DNA of 47,187 bases from Allosphingosinicella sp. (GCA_040514175.1 JBEVDE010000448.1:1-47187); one strand, 5' to 3'. Positions 16,501 through 28,524 are shown, numbered from the stretch's first letter. Numbers and translations: made by a program. Notes: generated by a model from the sequence alone, not told the origin.

Positions 16501-17725
16501 GGTCGAGCTGCTCGACGTCTCCGGCCCGGTCGCGGTCGGCGCCGACGCTCGCGGGACCCTCGCCAACCCGCAGATCCGAGGTTCGTTGAGGACCGAGCGG
16601 GCGCGGATCGAAAGCGCCGTCACCGGCATGGTGATCGACAATGTCCGGGCCTCGGGACGGTTCGGCGGCTCCAAGCTGGCTCTCGACAGCTTCGCCGGCA
16701 CGACCAAGCGCGGCGGCTCGGTGACCGGCCGGGCGGTGTTCGATCTCGCCGGGCCGAAGGGCTTCGGGATCGACATCGCGCTCGACGCCAAGGCCGCGCA
16801 ATTGCTCGACCGCGACGACATCAAGGCGCAGGTGACCGGCCCGGTCGCGATCCGCTCGGACGGCGAGAATGGCCGAATCTCCGGCAAGGTCGACCTGGTC
16901 AGCGGCAGCTTCCGCCTGGGCAGCGTCACCGCCTCGACCCAGGTACCGCGCCTTGCCGTTCGCGAGCTCAACCGTCCCGCCGACGAGCGGCCGGCGGCGC
17001 GGCGGCTGTCGCCCTGGCGGCTCGATCTCGACGTCGACGCCCGCAACCGGCTGATGGTCACCGGCCTCGGCATCAACAGCGAATGGAGCGCCGACCTCAA
17101 GATCGCCGGAACCGTCACCGAGCCGAGGATCAGCGGCCGGGCCGACCTCATCCGCGGCAGCTACGATTTCGCCGGCCGCCGCTTCGACCTCGAGCGCGGC
17201 CAGATCCGCTTCCTCGGCGAATCCCCGGTCAATCCGGTGCTCGACATCACCGCCGAGGGCGGGGTCCAGGGCCTCAACGCCGTCATCCGGGTGACCGGCC
17301 GGGGCCAGCGGCCGGAGATCAGCTTCACGAGCAGCCCGGCGCTGCCTCAGGACGAATTGCTTAGCCGGCTCCTCTTCGGCACCTCGATCACCAACCTCTC
17401 GGCGCCCGAGGCGCTCCAGCTCGCCGCCGCCGTCGCCTCCCTAAACAATAGCGGCGGCGGCCTCGATCCGATCAACGCGGTCCGCGCCGCCACCGGACTC
17501 GACCGGCTGCGCATCGTCCCCGCCGACATCACCACCGGCCAGGGCACGGCCATCGCCGCCGGCAAATATCTGGGCCGCCGGGTCTATGTCGAAGTTGTCA
17601 CCGACGCCCGCGGCTATTCGGCGACCCTCGTCGAATATCAGATCACCCGCTGGCTCTCGCTTCTGTCGAGCATCTCGACGATCGGCCGGGAGAGCGTGAA
17701 CGTCAGGGTGTCGAAGGATTATTAG
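13553..17725 (+). CDS. tamB: Translocation/assembly module TamB
   Basis: ATG at 13553 coupled to the tamA stop; N-terminal TM anchor; C-terminal SSPALPQDELLSRLLFG and AGKYLG motifs. Confidence 0.92.
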   Translation: MAEGEAPPPRRRRWLSRLAKWVVALSLALAVLTALLAVLLDTGAGHRFIADRIAAMAPDSGLRIHIGRIQGSIWSDTKLRDVRLYDPQGLFAESPLIEVDWQPLSWITNRLVIHRLEADLASLHRLPKLRPSEKPGPVLPGFDVHVGRLDVAQLRIGKAVTGQPRVASLAGEADVRSGRALVGLKAVVMDGGDRFSLVLDAEPDRDRFDLDVKLISPARGVAGAMLGTDRPIVLDVEGDGSWARWNGAARLDLSGRRTADLRLSAEKGRYSLAGRVAPAQFWKGKKARLTAPIVQVTGNATLEDRQLEGRLALRSPAMSVVATGMIDLARSAFSDLRIGADLLKPPALFPNMTGQKVRLVALLNGPFKTFAFAYRLTSPRVAFDNTGFEDVWAQGRGRFSKAPVTVPLVMSARRVTGVGDVAGGILANLRVEGLLKVTGKALTGEGLSLTSDKLKGKLSLFVDLITGRFDVVLSGGLTRYFIPGVGIVDVLTELKVVRHPSGKGTLVTGKGRAWVRRFDNKFLAGLAGGLPYLEADLVRGNDFIVHFRNLVLTAPKIRIAGTGFRRRDGSFFFEGKGAQSTYGPFAMSLDGRIERPKLAIRLARPSEALGLSDVLLNLDPTPAGFAYRAAGGSYLGPFTSNGAILLPRDQPALIQVAAINVSNSRASGALRSDPGGFTGQLDVSGGGLAGRLAFSPFNNLQRIAIDLRADNARFAGPPPIVIRSGRLEGVALLDPAGTSLKGSLTARGLSRGALSIASLSATGDLRGGAGQIKARFAGTRGRDFVFDTVADIAPGRLRLTGRGTVDRRALVLTEPALLVREGDGWRLKSTALTFAGGNATVSGLFGGSTSELNARVESMPLGVLDIGWPQLGLGGSASGTLSYRFGSAGEPSGDANLKIRGLTRSGLVLSSRPVDIGLVAKLANGNAALRAVAVSEGRTIGRAQARLAPIGRSGNIGERLSVAPLFAQLRYNGPADTLWRLTGVELLDVSGPVAVGADARGTLANPQIRGSLRTERARIESAVTGMVIDNVRASGRFGGSKLALDSFAGTTKRGGSVTGRAVFDLAGPKGFGIDIALDAKAAQLLDRDDIKAQVTGPVAIRSDGENGRISGKVDLVSGSFRLGSVTASTQVPRLAVRELNRPADERPAARRLSPWRLDLDVDARNRLMVTGLGINSEWSADLKIAGTVTEPRISGRADLIRGSYDFAGRRFDLERGQIRFLGESPVNPVLDITAEGGVQGLNAVIRVTGRGQRPEISFTSSPALPQDELLSRLLFGTSITNLSAPEALQLAAAVASLNNSGGGLDPINAVRAATGLDRLRIVPADITTGQGTAIAAGKYLGRRVYVEVVTDARGYSATLVEYQITRWLSLLSSISTIGRESVNVRVSKDY

Positions 17726-17730
17726 GAGCC

Positions 17731-17824
17731 CGTCATGCCGGACTTGATCCGGCACCCATGAACACGGTTCGAGCAGGTCTTGATCCGCCGGTGTTCATGG
17801 GTCCCGGCTTTCGCCGCGATGACG
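17731..17824. repeat. Palindromic repeat family C2 (RPE-like), copy 1
   Basis: CGTCATGCCGGACTTGATCCGGCACCCATGAACAC...GTGTTCATGGGTCCCGGCTTTCGCCGCGATGACG; right arm shared with 43620-43712. Confidence 0.85.
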
Positions 17825-17929
17825 GCAAATTTGATCTATGTTTACAACTACTCCGGGCGACAGGCAGCAATTCGTTAACAGGGCTGGGCTTATGTCCGGC
17901 CTACTCCAACTTGGGGATGGGGATCTCGA

Positions 17930-18367
17930 ATGTCCTCGAATGACGAACAGGGCTTCGACAGCGGCCGGCGTTCAGAACGGCTTCCGGTCGACGCCGAGAC
18001 CAGGCTCCGGCCGAACAGCTGGAGCAGCCTTCAGGTCAAGATGCTGGATCTGTCGGCCTCGGGATTCCGCGCGGAATGCGAGGCCCGGGTCAGGCCCGGC
18101 TCAAGCGTCTCGCTCGACGTGCCGGGCATCGGCTCGGTCGACGCCCAGGTGGAATGGCAGCGCGGCGGCCAGTTCGGAGCGCGCTTCTTCTCGCCCATCG
18201 AGCTCAAGAAGTGCCAATGGACCTTTCCCGAACGGCATCACGCCTTGGCGCGCCTGCTGGTCGAGCGCGCGGGGGCGCGGCGGGCGGGCCGACGCGGCGC
18301 GGAGGGGCAGCTGAGGCGCGATATCCTCTCCGCCTTGCCGATGCGCAAGGGCATCGCCTCGGCCTGA
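17930..18367 (+). CDS. PilZ domain protein
   Basis: RRSER (RxxxR) and DLSASG (DxSxxG) c-di-GMP binding motifs. Confidence 0.88.
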   Translation: MSSNDEQGFDSGRRSERLPVDAETRLRPNSWSSLQVKMLDLSASGFRAECEARVRPGSSVSLDVPGIGSVDAQVEWQRGGQFGARFFSPIELKKCQWTFPERHHALARLLVERAGARRAGRRGAEGQLRRDILSALPMRKGIASA

Positions 18368-18468
18368 ATCGAAGGCCGCGGATAAGCGCTTTCTTAACCT
18401 CGGTTACCTAGTCTCCTCCTACCGGTTTCGGGGGGAGCCGGCGGGGACATCATCGGGACGCTGAAGCG

Positions 18469-21138
18469 ATGCGCAAAGGGCGGTTCGCCGGGTTGAGCGA
18501 CAGGGGCCAGGAGCCCGTCACTCCGCCGGAGCTCGCGGAGCTTCTCCTGTTCGACTTCGCCCCCGCCGCCGACGAGGATGACGAACGCGCCGCCCGCGAG
18601 CGCGCCCGGACCATCCTCCTCTCCCTGCCGCTGCTCGCCGGTTCCCACCTGCTGTGGAGCGCGGTGCTCGTCGGCGGGCTCGCGGCGGCCGGCGCGACGG
18701 CCGCCCTCGCCCTGCTCGCCGCTCTGCTCCTCGCCATCCTGCTTCTCGACCTGACGCTCTGGCTGGCGCTTCGGCGCCTGCCCCTGCGCCCCTATCAGGC
18801 GGTTCGGCTCACCGCGCTTCAGGGCGCCGCCGTCACCGCGCTCTGGCTCGGAGCGGCGCTCGCCGTGCCTCCGGGGGCCCAGTCGATCCTGATCAAGGCC
18901 GCGCTCATCGCCGGCGCCGGTTCGGCCATTCCCGTCTTCTTCAACATCCCGGCGCTGATGATCCTCGCCGTCTCGGCCGCGTTCGGAGTCGCCGCGCTGC
19001 TCCCGAGCGAGGAGCCGGTCGTGCCGATCGGCGCGGCGTTCAGCCTGTTCCTGCTGTGCCTCGGCGTTTCGCGCTCGCGCCAGACCCTGTTCTCCGCCCG
19101 CCAGCGCCTGTCGCTCGAATGGCAGGCGGTGAAGGCCCGCCGCTTCGTCGCCGATTTCGAGGCGAGCGGCCGCGGCTGGTTCTGGGAGACCAACGCCGAC
19201 GGCGCCCTGACCTACGTCTCCGAGCCGCTCGCCGCACATCTCGGCCTCGCCGCGCCGGAGCTGATCGGCCGCCGCTTCGAGGAGGTGCTTCTGCTCGACT
19301 CCGGCGACGGCGACGACAGCCGCCGGACCCTCGGCTTCCACCTCTCCGCCCGCTTCCCCTTCGCCGAGCTGGTGGTCAGGGCGCCGGCCGCCGACGACGT
19401 CTGGTGGCAGCTTTCCGGAAGCCCCAATTTCGACGATTACGGCCGCTTCCTCGGCTTCCGCGGCCTCGGCAGCAATCTGAGCGAGCAACGCCGGAGCGAG
19501 GCGGAGGCGAGCAAGCTTGCGCGCTACGATAGCCTCACCGGCCTGCCCAACCGGGCGATGATGCGCTCGATGCTCGATTCGGCTCTGGCCAATGCCGACG
19601 CCCGCCGCCGCGGCTGCGCCCTGATGATCATCGATCTCGACCGCTTCAAGCAGGTCAACGACACGCTCGGCCATCCGGTCGGCGACAGGCTCCTGCAGAA
19701 GGTCGCCGGCCGGCTCACCGAAGTGCTCGGCGAGGACGGCCAGGTCGGCCGGCTCGGCGGCGACGAGTTCGAGGCGATCCTGCCCGGGATCGAGGAGGAG
19801 AGCCGGCTTTCCGAGCTGGCCGGGCGCCTGATCGAACAGGTTTCGCGCCCCTACAGGATCGAAGGGCATGAGATCCACATCGGCACGTCGGTCGGAATCG
19901 CGGTCGCCATTCCCGGCAAGACGCTCGCGGAAGGGCTGATCAAGGATGCGGACGTCGCCCTCTATGCGGCCAAGGCGGACGGGCGCGGCACCTTCCGCTT
20001 CTTCGCCCAGGAGATGCACGCTTTGGCCACCGAGCGGCAGGTCCTGGAAAAGGACCTGCGCGAGGCGCTCGCCGCCGACCAGCTGACTCTCCTCTACCAG
20101 CCGATCGTCGATTCCGTGTCGGAAGAGGTGGTCGCCTTCGAGGCGCTGCTGCGCTGGCACCATCCGGTGCGCGGGCTGCTTCCGCCCGCGCTCGTCGTCC
20201 CGCTCGCTGAGGAAAGCGGGCTGATGCCGCGGATCGGCGACTGGGTGCTGAGGACCGCCTGCGCCGAGGCGGTGAAATGGCCGGGTCACATAAGGGTGGC
20301 GGTCAATCTGTCGCCGCTCCAGTTCGCCGATCCGGCGCTCGCCGCCACCGTGGCAGGAACGCTTGCCGCCTCGCAGCTCGATCCGGAGCGGCTCGAGCTG
20401 GAGATCAACGAGGCCGTTTTCCTCGCCGACCGCAAGGTCACCGAAGCGACCCTGACCCGCCTTCGCGGCATCGGCGTCCGCCTCGCGCTCGACAATTTCG
20501 GGACCGGACATTCGGGTCTCGGCCAACTTCGCGACGCGCCGCTCGACAAGATCCAGATCGACCAGAGCTTCGTCCGCGGCGCCACCGATGCGGGCAGCCG
20601 CAACGGCGCCATCGTCCGGGCGATCGTCGTGCTCGCCGAAAGCCTCGGCATGGACACCACGGCGGAGGGCGCCGAGACGATCGAGGAATTGTCGCTGATC
20701 CGCCGGCTCGGCTGCTCCCAGGTCCAGGGCTTCATCTTCGCCAGGCCGATGCCGGCCGGGGAGGCTTTGAAGCTTGCCACGGAGAGCCGCCCGTCGGCCG
20801 AGGTGGTCGGGTTCAGCCGCCCGCCCCGCCACCGCCTGATCCGCAACGGCCGGCTGCTCTGGCAGGGCCGCACCCTGCCGGTGCGCCTGCGCAACATCTC
20901 CGCCGGCGGGGCGATGATCGAATGCGACAGCCCGCTCGAGCCGGGCACTCCGGTCGAGCTCGACCTGGCCGAGGCCGGCACCCTCGCCGCCGAGGTGCGC
21001 TGGTGCCAGCAGGGCCAGGTCGGCCTTCACTTCGGCGAGGAATTCGCCCTGGGCAAGCTCGCCCGCACCCGGCGCAAGAGCGGCGGGCCGCAGGCCGCGA
21101 AGCCCGAATATCTCGAATCCCGCAAGGCGGCGCGATAG
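18469..21138 (+). CDS. Membrane-bound PAS-GGDEF-EAL-PilZ protein
   Basis: N-terminal TM helices; WFWETN PAS-like segment; DLDRFKQVND..GH..GD and RLGGDEF; FEALLRW; C-terminal NISAGG. Confidence 0.92.
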   Translation: MRKGRFAGLSDRGQEPVTPPELAELLLFDFAPAADEDDERAARERARTILLSLPLLAGSHLLWSAVLVGGLAAAGATAALALLAALLLAILLLDLTLWLALRRLPLRPYQAVRLTALQGAAVTALWLGAALAVPPGAQSILIKAALIAGAGSAIPVFFNIPALMILAVSAAFGVAALLPSEEPVVPIGAAFSLFLLCLGVSRSRQTLFSARQRLSLEWQAVKARRFVADFEASGRGWFWETNADGALTYVSEPLAAHLGLAAPELIGRRFEEVLLLDSGDGDDSRRTLGFHLSARFPFAELVVRAPAADDVWWQLSGSPNFDDYGRFLGFRGLGSNLSEQRRSEAEASKLARYDSLTGLPNRAMMRSMLDSALANADARRRGCALMIIDLDRFKQVNDTLGHPVGDRLLQKVAGRLTEVLGEDGQVGRLGGDEFEAILPGIEEESRLSELAGRLIEQVSRPYRIEGHEIHIGTSVGIAVAIPGKTLAEGLIKDADVALYAAKADGRGTFRFFAQEMHALATERQVLEKDLREALAADQLTLLYQPIVDSVSEEVVAFEALLRWHHPVRGLLPPALVVPLAEESGLMPRIGDWVLRTACAEAVKWPGHIRVAVNLSPLQFADPALAATVAGTLAASQLDPERLELEINEAVFLADRKVTEATLTRLRGIGVRLALDNFGTGHSGLGQLRDAPLDKIQIDQSFVRGATDAGSRNGAIVRAIVVLAESLGMDTTAEGAETIEELSLIRRLGCSQVQGFIFARPMPAGEALKLATESRPSAEVVGFSRPPRHRLIRNGRLLWQGRTLPVRLRNISAGGAMIECDSPLEPGTPVELDLAEAGTLAAEVRWCQQGQVGLHFGEEFALGKLARTRRKSGGPQAAKPEYLESRKAAR

Positions 21139-21150
21139 CCCTCGCGCCGT

Positions 21151-22020
21151 CTAGTCCGCCGGTCGAACGAAGGTCTGCGGCGGCAGCGGCATATCCATGA
21201 TCCGGAGCCGGTAGCCCTTCACCTTGCCGAGCAGCAAAGCCGAGCCGCCGTCCTCCGGGGGCTCGAGCAGCAGCGGTCCGTCGATCGTCCGGTCGACCCG
21301 AAGGGTCACGCGCTTGCCGTCCCAGGCGATGAGCGACAGCTTCGCATCGCCGATCTCGATCTCGGTCGGCAGGCTCGCCGGATCGACCTCGACGATCGGA
21401 TGCAGGGGCAATCTCGCGTCGAAGCCGATCTGATAGGCGCGGGCGCGGAAGAGCAGCCGGCCGCGCGCTTCGTCGAAATCATATTCGATCGTGAGATAGG
21501 GCAAGGCGTGCTTCGGGAAGCTGCCTCTGTAGATCCGGTCCCAGGTCCAGGATTCGTAGGGGGCGGGATCGATCGGCGCGAAGTCGATCCTGGGACTGTC
21601 GCGCTTCGAAACGTTGAAGGCGGCGGCCTGGTCCAGCCGGCCGTCGCCGTCGGTGTCGCGAAAGCAGCTGGCGATCTGGCCGGAGAACATCTTGATATGG
21701 GCGCCGCAATAGAGCCAGCCGATATGGCGAAGGCCGCCGGGCTCGTCGCGCAGCCAGTAGGTGAGGCTGAGCTGCGACTTGCCGAGGCGATGGCGCTCGC
21801 GAAACGCCTTCTCCTCGGCCGGCGGAAGCCTGAGATAGGCGCCGCCCGCTTCGACGAGAGACTGCTGGACGATCGGCCGCTCCTGCGCCACCCGCCGCTC
21901 CGCGCGCAGCGGGACATCCTCGGCCCGCTGCGCGGTGGCCACCGTCTCATAAGCCGTGCCGGCCGGCTGCGCCGCCGCCGCCGCGGCGGAGATCAGAGCC
22001 AGAAGCGCCAGTATTCGCAT
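21151..22020 (-). CDS. Hypothetical secreted protein
   Basis: GGAGG RBS; MRILALLALISAAAAAAQ signal peptide; DTDGDGRLD motif. Confidence 0.7.
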   Translation of the reverse strand: MRILALLALISAAAAAAQPAGTAYETVATAQRAEDVPLRAERRVAQERPIVQQSLVEAGGAYLRLPPAEEKAFRERHRLGKSQLSLTYWLRDEPGGLRHIGWLYCGAHIKMFSGQIASCFRDTDGDGRLDQAAAFNVSKRDSPRIDFAPIDPAPYESWTWDRIYRGSFPKHALPYLTIEYDFDEARGRLLFRARAYQIGFDARLPLHPIVEVDPASLPTEIEIGDAKLSLIAWDGKRVTLRVDRTIDGPLLLEPPEDGGSALLLGKVKGYRLRIMDMPLPPQTFVRPAD

Positions 22021-22061
22021 GCTCCGGCCTCCTCGTCCGCCGGAGACAGAAGAGCGGATTC

Positions 22062-23474
22062 CTAGCTCGAATAATAGAGGTCGTATTCGACCGGGCTCGG
22101 GGTCGTCTCCCAGCGCATCTGCTCTTCCCATTTGAGCTCCATATAGGCGTCGATCTGGTCGTCGCTGAACACGTCGCCCTTGGTCAGGAAGGCGCGGTCG
22201 TTCTGGAGCGAGATGAGCGCTTCGCGCAAGCTGCCGCAGACGGTAGGGACGTTGACCAGCTCCTGCGGCGGCAGATCGTAGAGATTCTTGTCCATCGGAT
22301 CGCCCGGGTGGAGCCGGTTCTGGATCCCGTCCAGCCCCGCCATCAGGATCGCCGAATAGGCCAGATAGGGATTGGCGAGCGCGTCCGGGAAGCGGAACTC
22401 GACCCTTTTCGCTTTCTCGCCGGCGCCGTAGGGGATTCGGCAGGAGGCCGAGCGGTTGCGGCTCGAATAAGCGAGCAGCACCGGCGCCTCGAAGCCCGGA
22501 ACGAGGCGCTTGTAGCTGTTCGTGGTCGGGTTGGTGAAGGCGTTCAGCGCCTTGGCGTGCTTGATCACGCCGCCGATGAAGTAGAGCGCGGTTTCGCTGA
22601 GGCCGGCATAGCCATTGCCCGCGAAGAGCGGCTTGCCGCCGTTCCAGATCGACATGTGGGTGTGCATGCCGGAGCCGTTGTCCGACTTGATCGGCTTGGG
22701 CATGAAGGTCGCGGTCTTGCCATAGGCCTGGGCGACCATGTGGACGACATATTTGTAGATCTGCATTCGGTCGGCGGTCTGCACCAGGGTGCCGTAGGTG
22801 AGGCCCAGCTCGTGCTGGGCGGCGGCGACCTCGTGATGATGCTTGTCCATCGGCAGGCCCATCTCGATCATCGTCGAGACCATCTCGCCCCTGATGTCCA
22901 TGGCGCTGTCGACCGGGGCGACCGGGAAATAGCCGCCCTTGGCGCGCGGCCGGTGGCCGAGGTTGCCGGTCTCATATTCGCGGCCGCTGTTGGTCGGAAG
23001 CTCGACGTCGTCGATCCGGAAATAAGAGCTGTTGTAGCCGTCCTCGAAGCGGACGTCGTCGAACATGAAGAATTCGGCTTCCGGGCCGACGAAGACGGTG
23101 TCGCCGACTCCGGTGCCCTTGAGATAATTTTCGGCGCGCTTGGCGGTCGAGCGCGGGTCGCGGGCGTAGAGCTCGCCGGTGCCGGGATCGACGATGTCGC
23201 AGAAGACGACCAGCATCGGGGTCGCGCTGAACGGATCGACATAGACGGCGTCGAGGTCCGGCTTGAGGATCATGTCCGATTCGTTGATTGCCTTCCAGCC
23301 GTTGATCGAGCTTCCGTCGAACATGAAGCCGTCGTTGAGCTGGTCCTCGTCGACCGCTCCGGCGACCATCGAGAGATGCTGCCACTTGCCGCGCGGGTCG
23401 GTGAAGCGGAGGTCTACCCACTCGATCTCCTCGTCCCCGATCCGCTTCAGAATCTTGCCCGCGTCGCTCGCCAT
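22062..23474 (-). CDS. glnA: Glutamine synthetase type I
   Basis: [40 protein letters not shown] and KNLYDLP (adenylylation site) motifs. Confidence 0.98.
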   Translation of the reverse strand: MASDAGKILKRIGDEEIEWVDLRFTDPRGKWQHLSMVAGAVDEDQLNDGFMFDGSSINGWKAINESDMILKPDLDAVYVDPFSATPMLVVFCDIVDPGTGELYARDPRSTAKRAENYLKGTGVGDTVFVGPEAEFFMFDDVRFEDGYNSSYFRIDDVELPTNSGREYETGNLGHRPRAKGGYFPVAPVDSAMDIRGEMVSTMIEMGLPMDKHHHEVAAAQHELGLTYGTLVQTADRMQIYKYVVHMVAQAYGKTATFMPKPIKSDNGSGMHTHMSIWNGGKPLFAGNGYAGLSETALYFIGGVIKHAKALNAFTNPTTNSYKRLVPGFEAPVLLAYSSRNRSASCRIPYGAGEKAKRVEFRFPDALANPYLAYSAILMAGLDGIQNRLHPGDPMDKNLYDLPPQELVNVPTVCGSLREALISLQNDRAFLTKGDVFSDDQIDAYMELKWEEQMRWETTPSPVEYDLYYSS

Positions 23475-23509
23475 GATGCCTGCCTCCGTAAAGTGGGGAT
23501 TGCCCCCTC

Positions 23510-23597
23510 CCGTTCGGCCTGAGCTTGTCGAAGGCCTCCCTTCCCTCGCCGGCGCCGGCAAGGGAGAGAAGGGCTTCGACAGACTCAGCCCGAACGG
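23510..23597. repeat. Palindromic repeat family D
   Basis: CCGTTCGGCCTGAGCTTGTCGAAG...CTTCGACAGACTCAGCCCGAACGG long imperfect inverted repeat in the glnA leader. Confidence 0.85.
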
Positions 23598-23684
23598 TGG
23601 TGGTTCGTGCCGACACCTTTCCCAAGGCCCCGGCGGGCCGTCCAGAAGAGTCGGCGGCCATGTGAACATTTCACGTGGGAAAGG

Positions 23685-23894
23685 TCAGTAGGCCCTTCGC
23701 TGCGCCGCGATCAGCATCCTCAGGAGCATCGCCACCGGCCTCGGCACCCCGACCTTGCCCTCGAGCCAGAGGCTGACGGCCGAGCGGCTGACCCCGATCG
23801 CGGCGGCGAGATCGTTCTGGGTGCGGTAGCCCAGGGTGCGCATCGCGGCGCGAAGCTCCTCGGGGGACATGGAGGCGAGGCGGGGGTCGTCCAC
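23685..23894 (-). CDS. Small XRE/Cro-type HTH protein
   Basis: TQNDLAAAIGVSRSAVSLWLEG helix-turn-helix; start at 23894 (GTG) or 23870 (ATG). Confidence 0.8.
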   Translation of the reverse strand: MDDPRLASMSPEELRAAMRTLGYRTQNDLAAAIGVSRSAVSLWLEGKVGVPRPVAMLLRMLIAAQRRAY

Positions 23895-23925
23895 GGGGAG
23901 GGCTTTAGCCCCTGTCGCCCCTTCC

Positions 23926-24012
23926 CGTCACCCCAGCGAAAGCTGGGGTCCCGGCGGGTGAAGGCCGCGGCACTCCTCACTCCCTGGGGTCCCAGCCTTC
24001 GCTGGGACGACG
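23926..24012. repeat. Palindromic repeat family C, copy 2
   Basis: CGTCACCCCAGCGAAAGCTGGGGTCCC...GGGTCCCAGCCTTCGCTGGGACGACG. Confidence 0.9.
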
Positions 24013-24015
24013 AGA

Positions 24016-24929
<914 letters not shown>

Positions 24930-24933
24930 GCCG

Positions 24934-26166
24934 TCAGTCGTGCCGCTCGATCCAGTCCTCGACCACCGGGGCGATGCGCTCCCGCCATTTGCTGCCGTTG
25001 AAGATGCCGTAATGGCCGACGCCCTCGGCGAGATGATATTGCTTCATGTCGCGGGGGAGCCTGGTGGAAATCTCCAGGGCGGCCCTGGTCTGGCCGATCC
25101 CTGAAATATCGTCGCGCTCGCCCTCGATGGCGAGAAGGGCGACGTCGCGGATCGCCGCCGGATCGACGCGTCGGCCGCGGTGCATCAGCTGCCCCTTGGG
25201 GAGGAGGTGGCGCTGGAAGACGACGTCGACCGTCTGCAGATAGAATTCGGCGGTCATGTCGCAGACCGAGCGATATTCGTCGTAAAAAGCCTTGCTCGCC
25301 TCGGCGCTCTCGCCGTCGCCCTGGACGAGATGCTTGAACATCTCCCAATGGCCGGTGAGGTGGTCGCCGAGATTCATCGCCATGAAGCCGGCGAGCTGGA
25401 GGAAGCCCGGATAGACCGCGCGGCCGGCGCCGGGATAGGTATAGGGAACCGAGGCGATGACGTTCTGCTGAAACCAGCTGTGCGGACGCTGGGTGGCGAC
25501 GGTGTTGACCGCGGTCGGCGCCTTGCGGGTGTCGATCGGTCCGCCCATCAGGGTCAGCGAGCGCGGCCGCGCCGGATTCTTGTCGGCGCTCATCACCGCG
25601 GCGGCGGCATAGCAGGGAACCGACGGCTGGCAGACGGCGAGCATGTGCGCGCGTTTCTCGCCGCCGGTGCTCCCGATATGCTCGAGGAACTCGACCAGAT
25701 AGTCGATATAATCGTCGAGATCGAAGCGGCCGGAATCGAGCGGGACGAGCTTGGCGTCGCGCCAGTCGGTGATGAAGACGTCGTGCTTGGGAAGCATCCG
25801 CTCGACGGTGCCGCGCAGCAGGGTCGCATAATGGCCCGACATGGGCGCGACGATGAGCAGTTTCGGCCCGCCTTCGACGCCCTCGCGGCGGAAATGCTTG
25901 AGCTGGCCGAACGGCTTGCGCAGCACGACCTCCTCATGGACCGCGACCTTGCGGCCCTTCACCAAGGTCGTCTCAAGCCCGAATTCCGGCTTGCCGCGAG
26001 GCGCCGAGGCATGGGCGAAGACGTCGAGCGCGGACGCGACGATCGGACCCATCTGGCTGTAAGCGAGGGGGTTTACGGGGTTCTGGAGCCAGCCGGCGCC
26101 GATATTGGCGAGGGTAGAAGCTCCGGCGAGCAGCGAACGCTGCATTTCATAGGCGTCATAGAGCAT
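24934..26166 (-). CDS. phaZ: Intracellular polyhydroxyalkanoate depolymerase
   Basis: MLYDAYE start; PMSGHYATLLR, AVCQP (catalytic Cys), EGERDDI and GHYGIF motifs. Confidence 0.95.
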   Translation of the reverse strand: MLYDAYEMQRSLLAGASTLANIGAGWLQNPVNPLAYSQMGPIVASALDVFAHASAPRGKPEFGLETTLVKGRKVAVHEEVVLRKPFGQLKHFRREGVEGGPKLLIVAPMSGHYATLLRGTVERMLPKHDVFITDWRDAKLVPLDSGRFDLDDYIDYLVEFLEHIGSTGGEKRAHMLAVCQPSVPCYAAAAVMSADKNPARPRSLTLMGGPIDTRKAPTAVNTVATQRPHSWFQQNVIASVPYTYPGAGRAVYPGFLQLAGFMAMNLGDHLTGHWEMFKHLVQGDGESAEASKAFYDEYRSVCDMTAEFYLQTVDVVFQRHLLPKGQLMHRGRRVDPAAIRDVALLAIEGERDDISGIGQTRAALEISTRLPRDMKQYHLAEGVGHYGIFNGSKWRERIAPVVEDWIERHD

Positions 26167-26256
26167 GTGGCGTCCTGTTTGGTGCGCCGCAGCGTGGGCG
26201 TCAACGGAAAAGGGGTTGCGGATCAAAACCATCCACAGGTGAGATGGGTCCGTGCC

Positions 26257-26343
26257 CGTCGCCCCAGCGCAGGCTGGGGCCCCGAGGGGTCAAGAACACC
26301 GGGCCTTTCACCCGCCGGGGTCCCAGCCTTCGCTGGGACGACG
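26257..26343. repeat. Palindromic repeat family C, copy 3
   Basis: CGTCGCCCCAGCGCAGGCTGGGGCCCC...GGGGTCCCAGCCTTCGCTGGGACGACG. Confidence 0.9.
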
Positions 26344-26394
26344 CTTGTTACGAGCGATCATTGAGCCCCCACCCCGCCCCTGCTACCGCGCCTT

Positions 26395-28170
<1,776 letters not shown>

Positions 28171-28171
28171 C

Positions 28172-28519
28172 GTGGACCAAGCGACGGTGACCCTCTGGCG
28201 GCCGGTCGGGCCGAACGAGCTCGCCCTGATCGAGGCGAGCGGGATGCGCGCCTTTCCGCCGCGGCTTCCGGAGCAGCCGATCTTCTACCCGGTCACGACC
28301 GAGGAATATGCGGTGAAGATCGCCCGCGACTGGAACGTGCCGGCGAGCGGATCCGGCTTCGTGACCCGCTTCGAGGTCCTGAAATCCTTTCTCGACGGCT
28401 ATGAGGTGCAGGAGGCCGGCGGCCGCGCGCACCGCGAATATTGGATCCCGGCGGAGGAGCTGGACGCGTTCAACGCCGCCATCGTCGGCCCGATCGAAAT
28501 GGTGCGGGAGTTCCGGTGA
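28172..28519 (+). CDS. Conserved hypothetical protein (often labelled ADP-ribosylation/crystallin J1-like)
   Basis: LWRPVGPNEL, FPPRLPEQPIFYPV, IARDWN and EYWIPAEEL motifs. Confidence 0.75.
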   Translation: MDQATVTLWRPVGPNELALIEASGMRAFPPRLPEQPIFYPVTTEEYAVKIARDWNVPASGSGFVTRFEVLKSFLDGYEVQEAGGRAHREYWIPAEELDAFNAAIVGPIEMVREFR

Positions 28520-28524
28520 ATGCC

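Noticed and set aside
17860-17900. GTTAAC upstream of the PilZ gene as a CtrA site
   Set aside because: Half-site only, with no second TTAA at N7 spacing.
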